Translations under genes and position numbers: made by a program | Source: Alphaproteobacteria bacterium | GTDB lineage: Bacteria > Pseudomonadota > Alphaproteobacteria > Bin95 | Direction of reading: 5' to 3' | Assembly (NCBI GenBank): GCA_964291285.2 | Contig: OZ219787.1 | Location: 352,001-416,000 of the forward strand | DNA: 64,000 nucleotides | Notes under the pieces: generated by a model | The model's database searches: none | What the model was told of the DNA's origin: nothing | Seen by the model: the letters and a program-made list of their open reading frames with translations, nothing else | Shown: positions 8,312 to 19,861 of the stretch, one piece after another | How positions within the stretch are numbered: position 1 is the first letter of the stretch | Layout of the letters: each line of letters starts with the position of its first letter

Positions 8312-11131
8312 ATGACCCAGGATTACCGCGACACCGTCTTCCTGCCGAGGACGGATTTCCCGATGCGCGCCGGCCTCGCCAAGCGCGAGCCGCAGATCCT
8401 GGCCCGCTGGGAGGCCCAGGACCTGTTCGCACGCCAGCGCAAGGCGGCCGAGGGGCGCGAGAAGTTCATCCTGCATGACGGCCCGCCCTATGCGAACGGC
8501 CACCTGCATATCGGCCACGCGCTCAACAAGATCCTGAAGGACGTCATCAACCGCAGCCGGCAGATGACGGGCATGGACGCCCACTACATCCCCGGCTGGG
8601 ACTGCCACGGCCTGCCGATCGAATGGAAGGTCGAGGAGGACTACCGCGCCGGCGGCCGGGACAAGGACGCGGTGCCGATCCTGGAGTTCCGCCGCGAATG
8701 CCGGGAGTTCGCCGCGCTCTGGATCGACACCCAGCGCGAGGAGTTCAAGCGCCTCGGCGTGATCGGCGACTGGGACAATTACTACACCACCATGTCGAAC
8801 GGGGCGGAGGCGGCGATCGCCGGAGAAATCTGCCGCTATGTCATGAACGGCGGCCTCTACCGGGGCATGAAGCCGGTGCTCTGGTCGGTCGCGGAGAAGA
8901 CCGCGCTCGCCGACGCCGAGGTCGAGTATCACGACCATGTCTCGCCCTGGATCCATGTCGCCATGCCGGTGCTGCGCGGGACGGAGGCTCCGGCCGCGCT
9001 GGTCATCTGGACGACGACGCCCTGGACCATTCCCGGCAATCGCGGCCTCGCCGTGGCGGCCGGGGCGGACTATGTGCGCGTCGCCGTGCCGGACCGCGAG
9101 GATGCGCTGATCGTCGCCGAGGAAAGGCTCGGCGCCTTCCTCGCGGACTGCGGCTTCGAGGACCATGAGGTGCTCGCCCGGTGCAAGGGGGCGGAGCTTG
9201 TGGGCGCGGTCGCCGCGCATCCGCTGGCATCGCTCGGCTACGGCACGGAATCGCCGGTCATGGCCGCCGATTTCGTCACCATGGACCAGGGCACGGGCGT
9301 GGTGCATATCGCGCCCGGCCACGGCGCGGACGATTTCAACCTCGGCACCGCCAACGGCCTCGAGGTCACCGACTATCTGGACGGCGACAGCGTCTATCGC
9401 AGCCATGTGCCGCATTTCGCGGGCGAGCGCGTGCTGACGGCCGACGGCAGGCCGGGCGGGGCGGACGAGGCGGTCATCGCCGCGCTGGAAGGGGCGGGCG
9501 CGCTGCTCGGCAAGGGCAAGCTGCAGCACAGCTATCCGCATTCCTGGCGCTCGCGCGCGCCGCTCATCTTCCGCGCGACGACCCAGTGGTTCATCTCCAT
9601 GGAGACCAACGGGCTGCGCGACAAGGCGCTCAGGGCCGTCGCCGAGACCCGCTTCGTGCCGGAGAGCGGGCGCCGGCGCCTCGGCTCGATGATCGAGGGC
9701 CGGCCGGACTGGTGCGTTTCCCGCCAGCGCGCCTGGGGCGTGCCGATCCCGGTGTTCACCCACCGGGAGACCGGGGAGGTCCTGCGCGACGAGGCGGTCA
9801 ACGAGCGCGTGCTGGCGGCCTTCCGCGAGCGCGGCGGGGACGCCTGGTTCGAACTGCCGGCCTCGCACTTCCTCGGCCCCGACCGCGACCCCGACGACTG
9901 GGACCAGGTGCAGGACATCGTCGAGGTGTGGTTCGACTCGGGCTCGACCCACGCCTTCGTGCTGGAGGGCAACGAGACCCAGCGCTGGCCCGCCTCGCTC
10001 TATCTGGAAGGCTCCGACCAGCACCGGGGCTGGTTCCACTCCTCGCTGCTGGAGGCCGCCGGCACGCGCGGCCGCGCGCCCTTCGACGCCGTGCTGACGC
10101 ACGGCTTCGTGCTCGACGAGGACGGGCGCAAAATGTCGAAATCGCTCGGCAATGTGACCGCCCCGCAGGAGGTCATCGACCGCTACGGCGCCGACATCCT
10201 GCGCATCTGGACGGTCTCGGCCGACTATTCGGACGATCTGCGCATCGGCGAGAACATCCTGAAGCACCAGGCGGAGCTCTACCGGCGCATCCGCAACACG
10301 CTGCGCTACCTGCTCGGCAATCTCTCGGGCTTCGATGCGGGCGAGCGCGTGGCGCCGGCCGACATGCCGGAGCTGGAGCGCTGGGTGCTGCACCGGCTGT
10401 GGGAACTCGACCGGCTGGTGCGCCGGGCCATCGAGGACTACGACTTCCACGCCATGTGGACGGCGCTGCACAATTTCTGCGCCGTGGACCTCTCGGCCTT
10501 CTATCTGGATATCCGCAAGGACGTCCTCTATTGCGACCCGGCGTCGAGCCTCGCGCGCCGGTCCGCCCGGACGGTGCTCGACATCCTGTTCGACTGCCTG
10601 ACCGCCTGGACCGCGCCCATCCTCTGCTTCACCGCCGAGGAAGCCTGGCTGGCGCGCCACAGCGGTTCCGGGGGGGACACCGGGGGCGAGTCCGTGCATC
10701 TGCGCCAGTTCCCCGAACTGCCGGAGGGCTGGCGGGACGAGGCGCTTGCGGCGCGCTGGGTGGAGGTGCGCGCCGTGCGCCGGGTCGTGACCGGCGCCAT
10801 CGAGCGCGAGCGCGCCGCCAAGCGGATGCGTTCCGGCCTGGACGCGGCGCCGGTCGTCTGGCTCGCGCCGGAACGCCGGGCGGCGCTCGACGGGCTGGAC
10901 CTCGCCGAGATCGCCATCGTCTCGACGCTCGCCTTCGGCGAGGGCGAGCCGCCGGCCGACGCCTTCCGGCTGGAGGATGTGGAGGGCGTCGCGGTGGTCC
11001 CGGCAGCCTCGAAGCACGAGCGCTGCGCGCGCTGCTGGCGCCGGCTGCCGGATGTGGGTTCTGCCGGCGCGGATATCTGCGGGCGCTGCGCCGATGCCGT
11101 CCGGGCGCTGCCGCCGGAAGCGGCCGCCTGA
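8312..11131 (+). CDS. ileS: Isoleucine--tRNA ligase
   Basis: DGPPYANG, HIGH, PGWDCHGLPIE, WTTTPWT, KMSKS, C-terminal CARC...C zinc finger. Confidence 0.98.
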   Translation: MTQDYRDTVFLPRTDFPMRAGLAKREPQILARWEAQDLFARQRKAAEGREKFILHDGPPYANGHLHIGHALNKILKDVINRSRQMTGMDAHYIPGWDCHGLPIEWKVEEDYRAGGRDKDAVPILEFRRECREFAALWIDTQREEFKRLGVIGDWDNYYTTMSNGAEAAIAGEICRYVMNGGLYRGMKPVLWSVAEKTALADAEVEYHDHVSPWIHVAMPVLRGTEAPAALVIWTTTPWTIPGNRGLAVAAGADYVRVAVPDREDALIVAEERLGAFLADCGFEDHEVLARCKGAELVGAVAAHPLASLGYGTESPVMAADFVTMDQGTGVVHIAPGHGADDFNLGTANGLEVTDYLDGDSVYRSHVPHFAGERVLTADGRPGGADEAVIAALEGAGALLGKGKLQHSYPHSWRSRAPLIFRATTQWFISMETNGLRDKALRAVAETRFVPESGRRRLGSMIEGRPDWCVSRQRAWGVPIPVFTHRETGEVLRDEAVNERVLAAFRERGGDAWFELPASHFLGPDRDPDDWDQVQDIVEVWFDSGSTHAFVLEGNETQRWPASLYLEGSDQHRGWFHSSLLEAAGTRGRAPFDAVLTHGFVLDEDGRKMSKSLGNVTAPQEVIDRYGADILRIWTVSADYSDDLRIGENILKHQAELYRRIRNTLRYLLGNLSGFDAGERVAPADMPELERWVLHRLWELDRLVRRAIEDYDFHAMWTALHNFCAVDLSAFYLDIRKDVLYCDPASSLARRSARTVLDILFDCLTAWTAPILCFTAEEAWLARHSGSGGDTGGESVHLRQFPELPEGWRDEALAARWVEVRAVRRVVTGAIERERAAKRMRSGLDAAPVVWLAPERRAALDGLDLAEIAIVSTLAFGEGEPPADAFRLEDVEGVAVVPAASKHERCARCWRRLPDVGSAGADICGRCADAVRALPPEAAA

Positions 11132-11597
11132 CGCCCTGCGCGCGCCCCGGCTATACGGGCTGGCCGCGGCCGTCGCCGTCTTCGCCGCGGACCAGGCGAC
11201 CAAGCTCTGGGTGCTGGCGGCTCATGCCGGCCTGCCGGTCGAGGTGCTGCCGTTCTTCAACATCGTGCTGGTCTGGAACCGGGGGGTGAGCTTCGGCATG
11301 TTCGGCGCGGCCGGCCCGCTCGTGCTGGCGGCGATCGGGGCGGCGGTGGCGGTCGTTCTGGTGGTGTGGATGCTGCGCTCGCACCGGCGGTTCGAGGCGC
11401 TTGCGCTCGGCGCCGTGGCGGGCGGGGCGGCCGGCAACATCCTCGACCGGCTCACGCGCGGCGCGGTGGTGGACTTCCTTGACTTCCATATCGGCGGCTG
11501 GCACTGGTATGCCTTCAATCTGGCCGATTCCGCGATCACCGTCGGCGTCGCCATGCTGTTGTTCGAAGCCCTGTTCGGGCGCGGGCGGCGGGCCTGA
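11094..11597 (+). CDS. lspA: Lipoprotein signal peptidase II (start uncertain: ATG 11094 or CTG 11136)
   Basis: DQATK, NRGVSFG, GNILDR, VVDFL, AFNLADSAI; follows ileS. Confidence 0.92.
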   Translation: MPSGRCRRKRPPDALRAPRLYGLAAAVAVFAADQATKLWVLAAHAGLPVEVLPFFNIVLVWNRGVSFGMFGAAGPLVLAAIGAAVAVVLVVWMLRSHRRFEALALGAVAGGAAGNILDRLTRGAVVDFLDFHIGGWHWYAFNLADSAITVGVAMLLFEALFGRGRRA

Positions 11598-11617
11598 GAA
11601 GCCGGCGGCGGGAAGGG

Positions 11618-12139
11618 ATGAAGCGCATGACGATCCGGACGATAGCACTGCTTGCGGGCGCCGCATTTGCACTCGGCGCATGCGACGTGGCCCGGACCCT
11701 GGGCCTCGACCGCGAGGGGCCGGACGAGTTCCAGGTCCTCAGCCATGCGCCGCTCACCCTGCCGCCCGACTACCGCCTGCGCCCGCCCGACCCCGGCGCG
11801 GTGCGTCCGCAGCAGGTTACGCCGCGCGACAGCACGAGGCAGACGCTGACGGGCGGGACGGCGAGCGGCGCGGCGGCACGGTCCGCAGGCGAATCGGCGC
11901 TGCTCTCGAAGGTGGGCGGCGCCCAGGTCGACAGCAGTTTCCGCCGGCGCATCGACGAGGAAACCGCCGAGATCGCCGAAAAGAACCGCCGGCTGCTCGA
12001 TGACCTGATCTTCTGGGAAGACCGCAAGGGCCATGCGAGCGTCGTGGATGCCGAGGCGGAGAGCAAGCGCCTCCGCGAGAACGCCGCGCTCGGCAAGCCG
12101 CCGACCGAGGGCGAAACGCCGACAATCCAGCGCCGGTAG
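11618..12139 (+). CDS. DUF3035-like lipoprotein
   Basis: Lipobox LGAC; PDEFQV...[14 protein letters not shown]; usual neighbour of lspA. Confidence 0.8.
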   Translation: MKRMTIRTIALLAGAAFALGACDVARTLGLDREGPDEFQVLSHAPLTLPPDYRLRPPDPGAVRPQQVTPRDSTRQTLTGGTASGAAARSAGESALLSKVGGAQVDSSFRRRIDEETAEIAEKNRRLLDDLIFWEDRKGHASVVDAEAESKRLRENAALGKPPTEGETPTIQRR

Positions 12140-12156
12140 CCCGAGGGGCGCTGACG

Positions 12157-13455
12157 GTGCTGGGCGACCTTCCCTACCGCCAGGACCTTTCGCGCTGTGC
12201 CGCGGTTACCGCGGGCGCGGCTTTCGAGCGCGCGCTCGCGGCGGCGGGCGAGGGGCTGGCGGGGCTCAGGCGCGCCTATGGCGACGGCAGCCTGCCGTTG
12301 CTCCGCCTGCCGGAATCGCAGGGCGACCTCGCCATGATCGAGGCGCGGGCCGAGCACCACCGCGAACATGCCGACGATGTCGTGGTTCTCGGCACGGGCG
12401 GCTCCAGCCTCGGCGGGCAGGCGCTCTACGCGCTCGCCGATTCCGGTTTCGGGCCGAGCGGCGACTCGCCCCGGCTGCACTTCCTCGACAATATCGACCC
12501 CCACACCTTCGACCACCTGTTCCGCTCGCTCGACCTCGCGCGCACGGACTTCCTCACCATCTCCAAGTCGGGCGGCACGGCCGAGACGCTGCTGCAGTTG
12601 CTTATCTGCCTGGAAGCGCTGGTGGATGCCGTCGGCCGCGAGAATGCCGCGCCGCATGTGACGGTTATCGTCGAGCCCGGCGCCAGCCCGCTCCGGCGCC
12701 TCGCCGAGTCCTGGGGATTTTTCGTCATCGACCACGACCCGGGCATAGGCGGGCGCTATGCGGCGCTGACACCCGTGGGCCTGCTGCCGGCCGTCATCGC
12801 CGGCCTCGACCCGGCCGCGCTGCGCGAGGGCGCGCACCTGGTCCTGCACCGGAGCCTGAACGCCGCCCAGCCCGGCGCCAGCGACCCGGCGCTCGGCGCG
12901 GCGCTCAATGCCGCATGCGGGGAAGGAGCCGGACGCAGCGCGGTGCTCGCGGCCTATGCGGACCGGCTGCTCCCCTTCGCCATGTGGTTCCGCCAGCTCT
13001 GGGCGGAGAGCCTCGGCAAGGACGGCAAGGGCACGCTGCCGGCGCCCGCGCTCGGCGCGGTGGACCAGCACAGCCAGCTCCAGCTCTGGCTCGACGGGCC
13101 GGACGACAAGCTCTTCACGGCGGTCACGGCCGAGACCGCCGGGCGCGGACGCATCGTCCCGCCGGCGCTGGTGGAGGACGGGCGCCTCGCATGGCTCGCC
13201 GGGCGCAGCATGGGCGACCTGCTGGACGCGGAGGCGCGGGCCACTGTCGAGACCCTGGCGGAGCGGGGCCGGCCGGTCAGGCAGCTGCATCTGGAGCGCA
13301 TCGACGAAACGGCGCTCGGCGCGCTGATGATGCACTTCATGCTGGAGACGATCCTCGCCGCGCATGTGCTCGGCGTCGACCCCTTCGACCAGCCGGCGGT
13401 GGAGCGGGGCAAGGCGCTGGCGCGGGACTATCTCGCGGCGATGGGCCGGCGCTGA
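12157..13455 (+). CDS. pgi: Glucose-6-phosphate isomerase
   Basis: [52 protein letters not shown]. Confidence 0.9.
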   Translation: MLGDLPYRQDLSRCAAVTAGAAFERALAAAGEGLAGLRRAYGDGSLPLLRLPESQGDLAMIEARAEHHREHADDVVVLGTGGSSLGGQALYALADSGFGPSGDSPRLHFLDNIDPHTFDHLFRSLDLARTDFLTISKSGGTAETLLQLLICLEALVDAVGRENAAPHVTVIVEPGASPLRRLAESWGFFVIDHDPGIGGRYAALTPVGLLPAVIAGLDPAALREGAHLVLHRSLNAAQPGASDPALGAALNAACGEGAGRSAVLAAYADRLLPFAMWFRQLWAESLGKDGKGTLPAPALGAVDQHSQLQLWLDGPDDKLFTAVTAETAGRGRIVPPALVEDGRLAWLAGRSMGDLLDAEARATVETLAERGRPVRQLHLERIDETALGALMMHFMLETILAAHVLGVDPFDQPAVERGKALARDYLAAMGRR

Positions 13456-15215
13456 TGCTGCGCCGCCTGCCGGAGGCGGTGGTGAACCGCATCGCGGCGG
13501 GAGAGGTGGTGGAACGCCCGGCCTCCGCGCTCAAGGAGCTGGTCGAGAACGCCATCGATGCAGGCGCCGGGCGGATCGACTGCGCGCTCCGCCAGGGGGG
13601 CGCGGCCTCGATTGCGGTGGATGACGACGGCGCCGGCATCGCCCGGGACGAGCTTGCGCTCGCGCTTGAGCGCCATGCCACCTCCAAGCTTGCCGATGAC
13701 GACCTTGTGGATATCCGCACGCTCGGCTTTCGCGGCGAGGCGCTGCCCTCCATCGGCGCCGTCTCGCGCCTCGCCATAACCAGCCGGGCGGAGGGCGCGG
13801 CCGAGGCGTGGCGCATCGCGGTCGACAACGGCAGCATCGGCGCGCTCGAGCCGGCGGCCCGCGCGCGCGGCACGCGGGTCGAGGCCGCCGGGCTCTTCCG
13901 CGCCGTGCCCGCGCGGCTCAAATTCCTGAAATCGGCGCGCGCGGAATATCTCGCCGCCGCCGACATGCTGAAACGCCTCGCCATGGCACGCCCGGCGGTC
14001 GCCTTTTCGCTGGAGCATGACGGGCGCCGCGCCTGGGCCTCGGCCGCGGCCTCCGACCCGCTCGCCCGGCTCGCCGACGTGCTGGGGGCGGAGTTCGCGG
14101 ACAACTCGGTCCCGGTCGCGCTGGAAGCGGACGGGCTCAGCCTCACCGGCCATGCCGGCCTGCCGACCTGGCATCGCGGCACGGCGCAGGCGCAATACCT
14201 CTTCGTCAACGGCCGCCCGGTGCGCGACCGCCTGCTCCAGGGCGCGGTGCGCGCGGGCTATGAGGAGCTGGTGCCGCGCGGGCGCTTCCCGGTGCTGGCG
14301 CTGTTCCTGGACGTGCCGCCCGACCGGGTGGATGTGAACGTGCATCCGGCGAAGACCGAGATCCGTTTCCGCGACGGGGGCCGGGTGCGTTCGCTCATCG
14401 TCTCCGCGCTTCGCCGCGCGCTTGCCGAAGAAGGCCACCGCGCTGCCGCGCCTGCCGGGTTTCATATGGGCGGCGTTGGCGCTGCCGCCCCGCTCATCGG
14501 CCGCTTCCGGTCGGGCGGGACGGGCGCGCCGCCCTTGCAACTTGCCGAGCGCGCGGCCGAATGGCAGGCGCCGCTCGACCCCGCCCTGCCGCCTTCCGCG
14601 CCGCCGCCCGCCCCGGAGGCGCCCGAAGCCGCCGGCCTGCCGCTGGGGGCGGCGCGCGCGCAGCTCCACGACACCTACATCCTGGCGCAAACGGGCGACG
14701 GCATCGTGCTGGTGGACCAGCATGCCGCGCATGAACGGCTCGTGCTGGAGCGCATGCGCCGGGCGCTCGCCGAGGGCCGTCCGCCGCGCCAGGCGCTGCT
14801 GCTGCCGGAGGTCGTGGAGCTGGACGAAGCGGGGGCCGAGCGGCTCGCGGCCAAGGCCGGCGAACTCGCCGAGCTCGGCCTCGTGCTGGAGCGCTTCGGC
14901 CCGGAGGCGGTGCTTGTCCGCGAGACGCCGGCGGCGCTCGGCGAGGCGGATGCGAAGGGGCTGGTGCGCGACCTTGCCGACGACCTCGCCGAGCACGGCC
15001 TGGCACTGACGCTGAAGGAGCGGCTGGAGGATGTGGCGGCGACCATGGCCTGCCACGGCTCGGTGCGCGCCGGCCGCCGCCTCGGCGCGAAGGAGATGGA
15101 CGCGCTCTTGCGCGAAATGGAGGCCACGCCGCGCTCCGGCCAGTGCAATCACGGCCGCCCGACCTATGTGGAACTCAAGCTCGCGGACATAGAGCGCCTG
15201 TTCGGCCGGCGCTGA
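13455..15215 (+). CDS. mutL: DNA mismatch repair endonuclease MutL
   Basis: [61 protein letters not shown]; TGATG overlap with pgi. Confidence 0.97.
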   Translation: MLRRLPEAVVNRIAAGEVVERPASALKELVENAIDAGAGRIDCALRQGGAASIAVDDDGAGIARDELALALERHATSKLADDDLVDIRTLGFRGEALPSIGAVSRLAITSRAEGAAEAWRIAVDNGSIGALEPAARARGTRVEAAGLFRAVPARLKFLKSARAEYLAAADMLKRLAMARPAVAFSLEHDGRRAWASAAASDPLARLADVLGAEFADNSVPVALEADGLSLTGHAGLPTWHRGTAQAQYLFVNGRPVRDRLLQGAVRAGYEELVPRGRFPVLALFLDVPPDRVDVNVHPAKTEIRFRDGGRVRSLIVSALRRALAEEGHRAAAPAGFHMGGVGAAAPLIGRFRSGGTGAPPLQLAERAAEWQAPLDPALPPSAPPPAPEAPEAAGLPLGAARAQLHDTYILAQTGDGIVLVDQHAAHERLVLERMRRALAEGRPPRQALLLPEVVELDEAGAERLAAKAGELAELGLVLERFGPEAVLVRETPAALGEADAKGLVRDLADDLAEHGLALTLKERLEDVAATMACHGSVRAGRRLGAKEMDALLREMEATPRSGQCNHGRPTYVELKLADIERLFGRR

Positions 15216-15253
15216 GGGGACGACGCACGCCCTATCCCCACCGTCTCCTTCCG

Positions 15254-15889
15254 TCATCCCTGCGGGAGCTTGTCGACGGACGTCTCGCCCGTTTCGGGAT
15301 TGTATGTAATGGCAACGGCTCCATCCAGCTCCGGGCCGCTCAACGCCCGGCGCGCGAATACCGGCATATTCGTCCCCTCATGCCGGGCGGATGGAACGAC
15401 AAGCCCGTCCACGCCCCGTTCCCTTGCTTCCGCGCCCAGCCGGTTGCAGAACGAATAATCGCTGTCATGCACCAGATCCGGCCAGTCCGGCACCTTGGGC
15501 CGCAGGTCTTTCTCAAGGCCCTCGAACGTGCAGCGGAAGCCTTGATAAAACGCCGTGCGATTGCCTGGCGGTTTCCCGGCATAGTCCTTTTGGAACCAGT
15601 AGGCCATTTCCGCATTTGCAGTCTCCGCCGCCAATGCACTGTAAAACACCGGAAATGAGCCATCGGAAAACCGGGTCTTGCGCCGCAATTTGGCGCTCGG
15701 ACGAAATGGACCGTCAAGAAGCTCGTCAATCGGGTTCCGGGGAACTCTCCCGGACAGCAGGTCCAGCAATTCCTCGCGGGCCGCATCGTCTAGATTCAAC
15801 TCGGCAAGGAATTGTTCGTCGTGCACCGGTACCCTCGACAACCGGAATACAATGCGCCGGTTTCTTTCGCCCGGAATGTCCTCAAGCAC
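15254..15889 (-). CDS. RES-domain toxin (putative NAD+-consuming enzyme)
   Basis: RFSDGSFPVFYSA...AE, YSFCNRLG...GLVVPSAR motifs; start overlaps the antitoxin stop. Confidence 0.8.
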   Translation of the reverse strand: MLEDIPGERNRRIVFRLSRVPVHDEQFLAELNLDDAAREELLDLLSGRVPRNPIDELLDGPFRPSAKLRRKTRFSDGSFPVFYSALAAETANAEMAYWFQKDYAGKPPGNRTAFYQGFRCTFEGLEKDLRPKVPDWPDLVHDSDYSFCNRLGAEARERGVDGLVVPSARHEGTNMPVFARRALSGPELDGAVAITYNPETGETSVDKLPQG

Positions 15890-16502
15890 TACCGGACTCC
15901 GGCCGCGGCCTCGACATAGTCCCGCGCCAGCAAGAGATCCTCCATGGAACCCTCAAGCATCAGGGACAGGGGCGACGCGTCGTTCAGCATCGAGTGCCGC
16001 TCCCGCAACCATTCGTTTTCCGTATCCAGATCGCGGAACAGCGCCCATAAGGTCCTGCGAATAACAAAAAGACAGGCAATTCTGTCCCGGACATCCCGCC
16101 CGTGAAGTTGCCGTCGGCCATCCAGAACAGCAGCGCCATACTCGAAGTCCGCCGGGTCGAACCCGAGAAGCCGAACGGCATCCGGCCTGTCGAGCCGCCA
16201 TGCTTCCATCAACCTCTGGACGAATTGGACAGGGCCGGTCGGCCTCCCGGCCGTCTCGCCCGGATTGCCCTGCGCGTGTTGGAATGTTCCTTCGCCCGCT
16301 ATCGGGCCGATCAGCCCGCGAAGCCGCTTGTCGATTGCAGGGACCGCAGTTTCGGAGCGGGCCTGCTGGACCCATCTCATAAACTGCGAATGGCCCTCCC
16401 GATCGATTCGAAGGTGCCCGTTTCCACTAACTTTGAGCTTTTCAAGGATCGCTCCGGGAAGATTGGCGAGACTACCCGCCTCTCCGGCTTTCGCAGTCGC
16501 GT

Positions 16503-16509
<7 letters not shown>
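15889..16509 (-). CDS. Antitoxin with Xre/MbcA/ParS C-terminal toxin-binding domain
   Basis: C-terminus LWALFRD...ENEWLRERHSMLNDASPLSLMLEGS; directly upstream of the RES gene. Confidence 0.75.
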
Positions 16510-17087
<578 letters not shown>

Positions 17088-17263
17088 GGCGTCCTGCATC
17101 GCATGCCTCCGGCTATGCTGGCGTCACCGTAATGAACCCCTGACACCGAATGTGGTTCAGTCCAGGCCTTGTGTCCAGCAAACCGCACCTTTCTATTGGA
17201 CAGAGGCAACGGCTCGACAATCCGGCGGGTCGCGGCGTTTCAGGGCTCTCAAGCGAAAGCGCC

Positions 17264-18538
17264 CTAACAGCCGAGGCCCTGGGACATCTGGGCATAGCTG
17301 GTGAGAGGGACCGCGCACATCCGGCTCCAGTCCGCCTTGTCGATGACCGGCCGGTTCACCAGTTCGATCATGTCGTCGAATTTGCTGAGCGCGGCGCAAT
17401 CGACCAGCCCGGGGTCCGCCGCCTTGCGGTATTGCGGCCAGGCGCAGTCTCGGGCATGGCGCCAGAAGCTGCTGTCGTATCTGGAGCCGCAGGAATAGTG
17501 CCAGCCCACGAACAGGCCGTAGCAGAGCATGTTGTTGACGAGGAACCGGTTGACCACCGGCGCGTCCCGCCCGAGATGCTCCGGGGAGCGGTTCAGGCGC
17601 GTGTGGAGGACCATCCCGATCTGCAGCTGGGCGGACACGATCGCCGTCGCTTCGAGCGGCTCCATGAAGGCCGCCGCATTGCCGATGCGGGCCACGGCGC
17701 CGTCGTAAATCCGGCGGTGGACGAAATTGGGAAACGGAATGACCGCGCGTTGCTCGAATTCCGGCACGCCGTCGGCTTCGAGGAAGTCGTCGAAATCCGC
17801 TTCGACTTCGCCAAGGGCGGATAAATCGCGGTTGAAGATATATCCGTAGGAGGTGTGCGCGGTCAGCGGAATGATGAAGACCCAGCCATGCGGACGCGCG
17901 ACCGCGCGGGTATATGTGTGTTGCAGAACCGGCCCGTCCCGCTCGTCCTCCACGACGGGCGGACAACGGCGGATGACGGCCGTATTGGTGGGGATGAACG
18001 AAATGTCGATATGCCGGTCGGGGTGGAGTTCCCTCGGGAACCCGCGGGCATCGAAAACCAGGTCGTAGCGCTCCGGCGCCCGGCCCTCGATTTTCACCAG
18101 CGCGCCGTCCTCCACCCTCTCGATGTCGAGCACTTTCGCGTCGATGTGGCGCGCGCGCGTGCTTTCCTGCAGCAGCTCCCCCATCAGGTCGGCGGACAGA
18201 TGGTAGGCGTAGGACACCTGCTGCGGCGTGAAATAGTGGGTGAAGTCCCGGTTACGCCGGCCCCATCCTTCGAACGCGACGCCGTATTTGCGCGTTCCCT
18301 TCAGGCGCTGCCGGACGGTTTCGTGAGGCAGGTCCGTCAGTTCCTGCAATTGCCGGACCAGGCTCGGCCAACTGCCTTCGCCCACACCGATGACCGGAAT
18401 GCGCGAGTCGTATATGTGGTGCAGTTCGTGGTCGCTGTCGGGGTGCAGGCGCGTCACGCTGGCGGCTGCCAGGGACCCCGCGGTTCCCCGCCCGACAACC
18501 GCGATCTTTCGCAAGGATCTGCTGCCCGGCTGTATCAT
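17264..18538 (-). CDS. Flavin-dependent halogenase (tryptophan halogenase family)
   Basis: GRGTAG FAD motif, IGVGEG, conserved Lys in TRKYGVAFEGW, GWVFIIP, AFMEPLEAT. Confidence 0.85.
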   Translation of the reverse strand: MIQPGSRSLRKIAVVGRGTAGSLAAASVTRLHPDSDHELHHIYDSRIPVIGVGEGSWPSLVRQLQELTDLPHETVRQRLKGTRKYGVAFEGWGRRNRDFTHYFTPQQVSYAYHLSADLMGELLQESTRARHIDAKVLDIERVEDGALVKIEGRAPERYDLVFDARGFPRELHPDRHIDISFIPTNTAVIRRCPPVVEDERDGPVLQHTYTRAVARPHGWVFIIPLTAHTSYGYIFNRDLSALGEVEADFDDFLEADGVPEFEQRAVIPFPNFVHRRIYDGAVARIGNAAAFMEPLEATAIVSAQLQIGMVLHTRLNRSPEHLGRDAPVVNRFLVNNMLCYGLFVGWHYSCGSRYDSSFWRHARDCAWPQYRKAADPGLVDCAALSKFDDMIELVNRPVIDKADWSRMCAVPLTSYAQMSQGLGC

Positions 18539-18658
18539 CCCGCATGACTTCCACAGGTAACGGCCGGTAATCGCATCCCGGTTTGTCCGGACGAGAGGTG
18601 CGCTTGGCAGGATACCACAATCCGGGCGTCATCGCCCGTTGCGCCGCCGCGGACGGCG

Positions 18659-19861
18659 TCAGAAGCTGAACGAGAATTCCAAACCGAGGAAGCTGTCGCG
18701 GCGGCCGTCATAGGTCAGGTCCTTCGGGTCGGCGCTGAGGTTCGCAATCCCTTCCAGGCGCATCGACCAGCTGTTCGACAGACGGCGTTTCAGCTCCACA
18801 TTCAGCACACGGGTATCGTATCGGAGGTCGCCGAGGATGCCCGCCGCGAGCTCGGTGCCCTGCACATCGTTGAAGGCGAGCACGCCCATGACGAACACAT
18901 CGTTCGCCAGGGCGCTCGTGGCGCGGCCTCCGCGGCGGTCATGGTGCCATTCGGCGAGGAAGGTCAGGTCCGCCCGGGACCCGAACAGCGCTTCGAACGG
19001 GCGTTCCATGCCGAAGATGAAGGCGCCGTAGGTCTCCTCCCGGCCCCGGAGATTGCGCCCTCCGCTGCGGTGAATGGCTTCCAGCTTGTAAAGCCAGGGA
19101 TCGGTGGTGAGTTGCGCGTCGATACCGTATTGCCGGATCTGCTCGTAATACGGAATCCATGACTTGCCTTCCGCCAGAAACGAAGGCTCGCGGCTCGTTC
19201 CGGCAAATGCGCTCAGGCCGAAATCGAGCAGGCCCACGGCATTGCCGTAGCGGAACGCAAAATCCACATGGCGCTCCTCGGCGCCGCTCTCGTATCTGGC
19301 GTCATCGTCTATGAGGAAGCGCGACCGGTGCCGCCCCTTGCGCCCTGGAAAGGCGCGCTTGCGGTGGTACGGCAGCACGAAGGCTTCAGCGATTCCCCAA
19401 CCGCCGGAAACGGTCAGGTGCGCCATCGGCTGGCCCAGCTTGGGCCGGTCGCGCGGGTGCTCGATCAGGTCCGGCTGGTTCACGATATCGACGAGGTTGT
19501 GGAGTTCGGCCACGCCCCAGAAGACGCTGTCGAGGCCCAGCCGAAGCTCCCATGAATCCTCGCCCCACTCTCCGAAGGTCAACAGGTAGGCTTCGCGCAG
19601 GTCGCCGTGGGTGCGCTCCGGGTCGGCGCTGTCGAAGCGGTAGAACGGGGTAAAGGTGAAGCCGGTCCCCGGTCCGACCTCAGCATAGAGCGTCGGCTCG
19701 ACGACCAGCCCGCCGGTGCCTGAACGCTGGTCCGCGAAGGCGGGCGATTCCGGGTACCATCGCGCCTGCAGGCTTATTTCGCCCGAGAGATCGAGAGTCT
19801 GCGCCTCGGCGCCGGCAGCGGCCAGAAGCAGGATGGCCGCGATTGCGCCGCCGGGCCGCAT
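18659..19861 (-). CDS. Outer-membrane beta-barrel protein
   Basis: Signal peptide, DLREAY, VFWGVAE...LVDIVNQ, C-terminal Phe; coupled to the LolA-like gene. Confidence 0.75.
   Translation of the reverse strand: MRPGGAIAAILLLAAAGAEAQTLDLSGEISLQARWYPESPAFADQRSGTGGLVVEPTLYAEVGPGTGFTFTPFYRFDSADPERTHGDLREAYLLTFGEWGEDSWELRLGLDSVFWGVAELHNLVDIVNQPDLIEHPRDRPKLGQPMAHLTVSGGWGIAEAFVLPYHRKRAFPGRKGRHRSRFLIDDDARYESGAEERHVDFAFRYGNAVGLLDFGLSAFAGTSREPSFLAEGKSWIPYYEQIRQYGIDAQLTTDPWLYKLEAIHRSGGRNLRGREETYGAFIFGMERPFEALFGSRADLTFLAEWHHDRRGGRATSALANDVFVMGVLAFNDVQGTELAAGILGDLRYDTRVLNVELKRRLSNSWSMRLEGIANLSADPKDLTYDGRRDSFLGLEFSFSF

Noticed and set aside
7184-11203. 1339-aa ORF on the minus strand
   Set aside because: Antisense shadow of ileS/dksA in high-GC DNA; no recognisable motifs.
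12033-13454. Apparent ~470-aa N-terminal extension of MutL
   Set aside because: Off-frame overlap with pgi; real MutL starts at the ATG at 13455.
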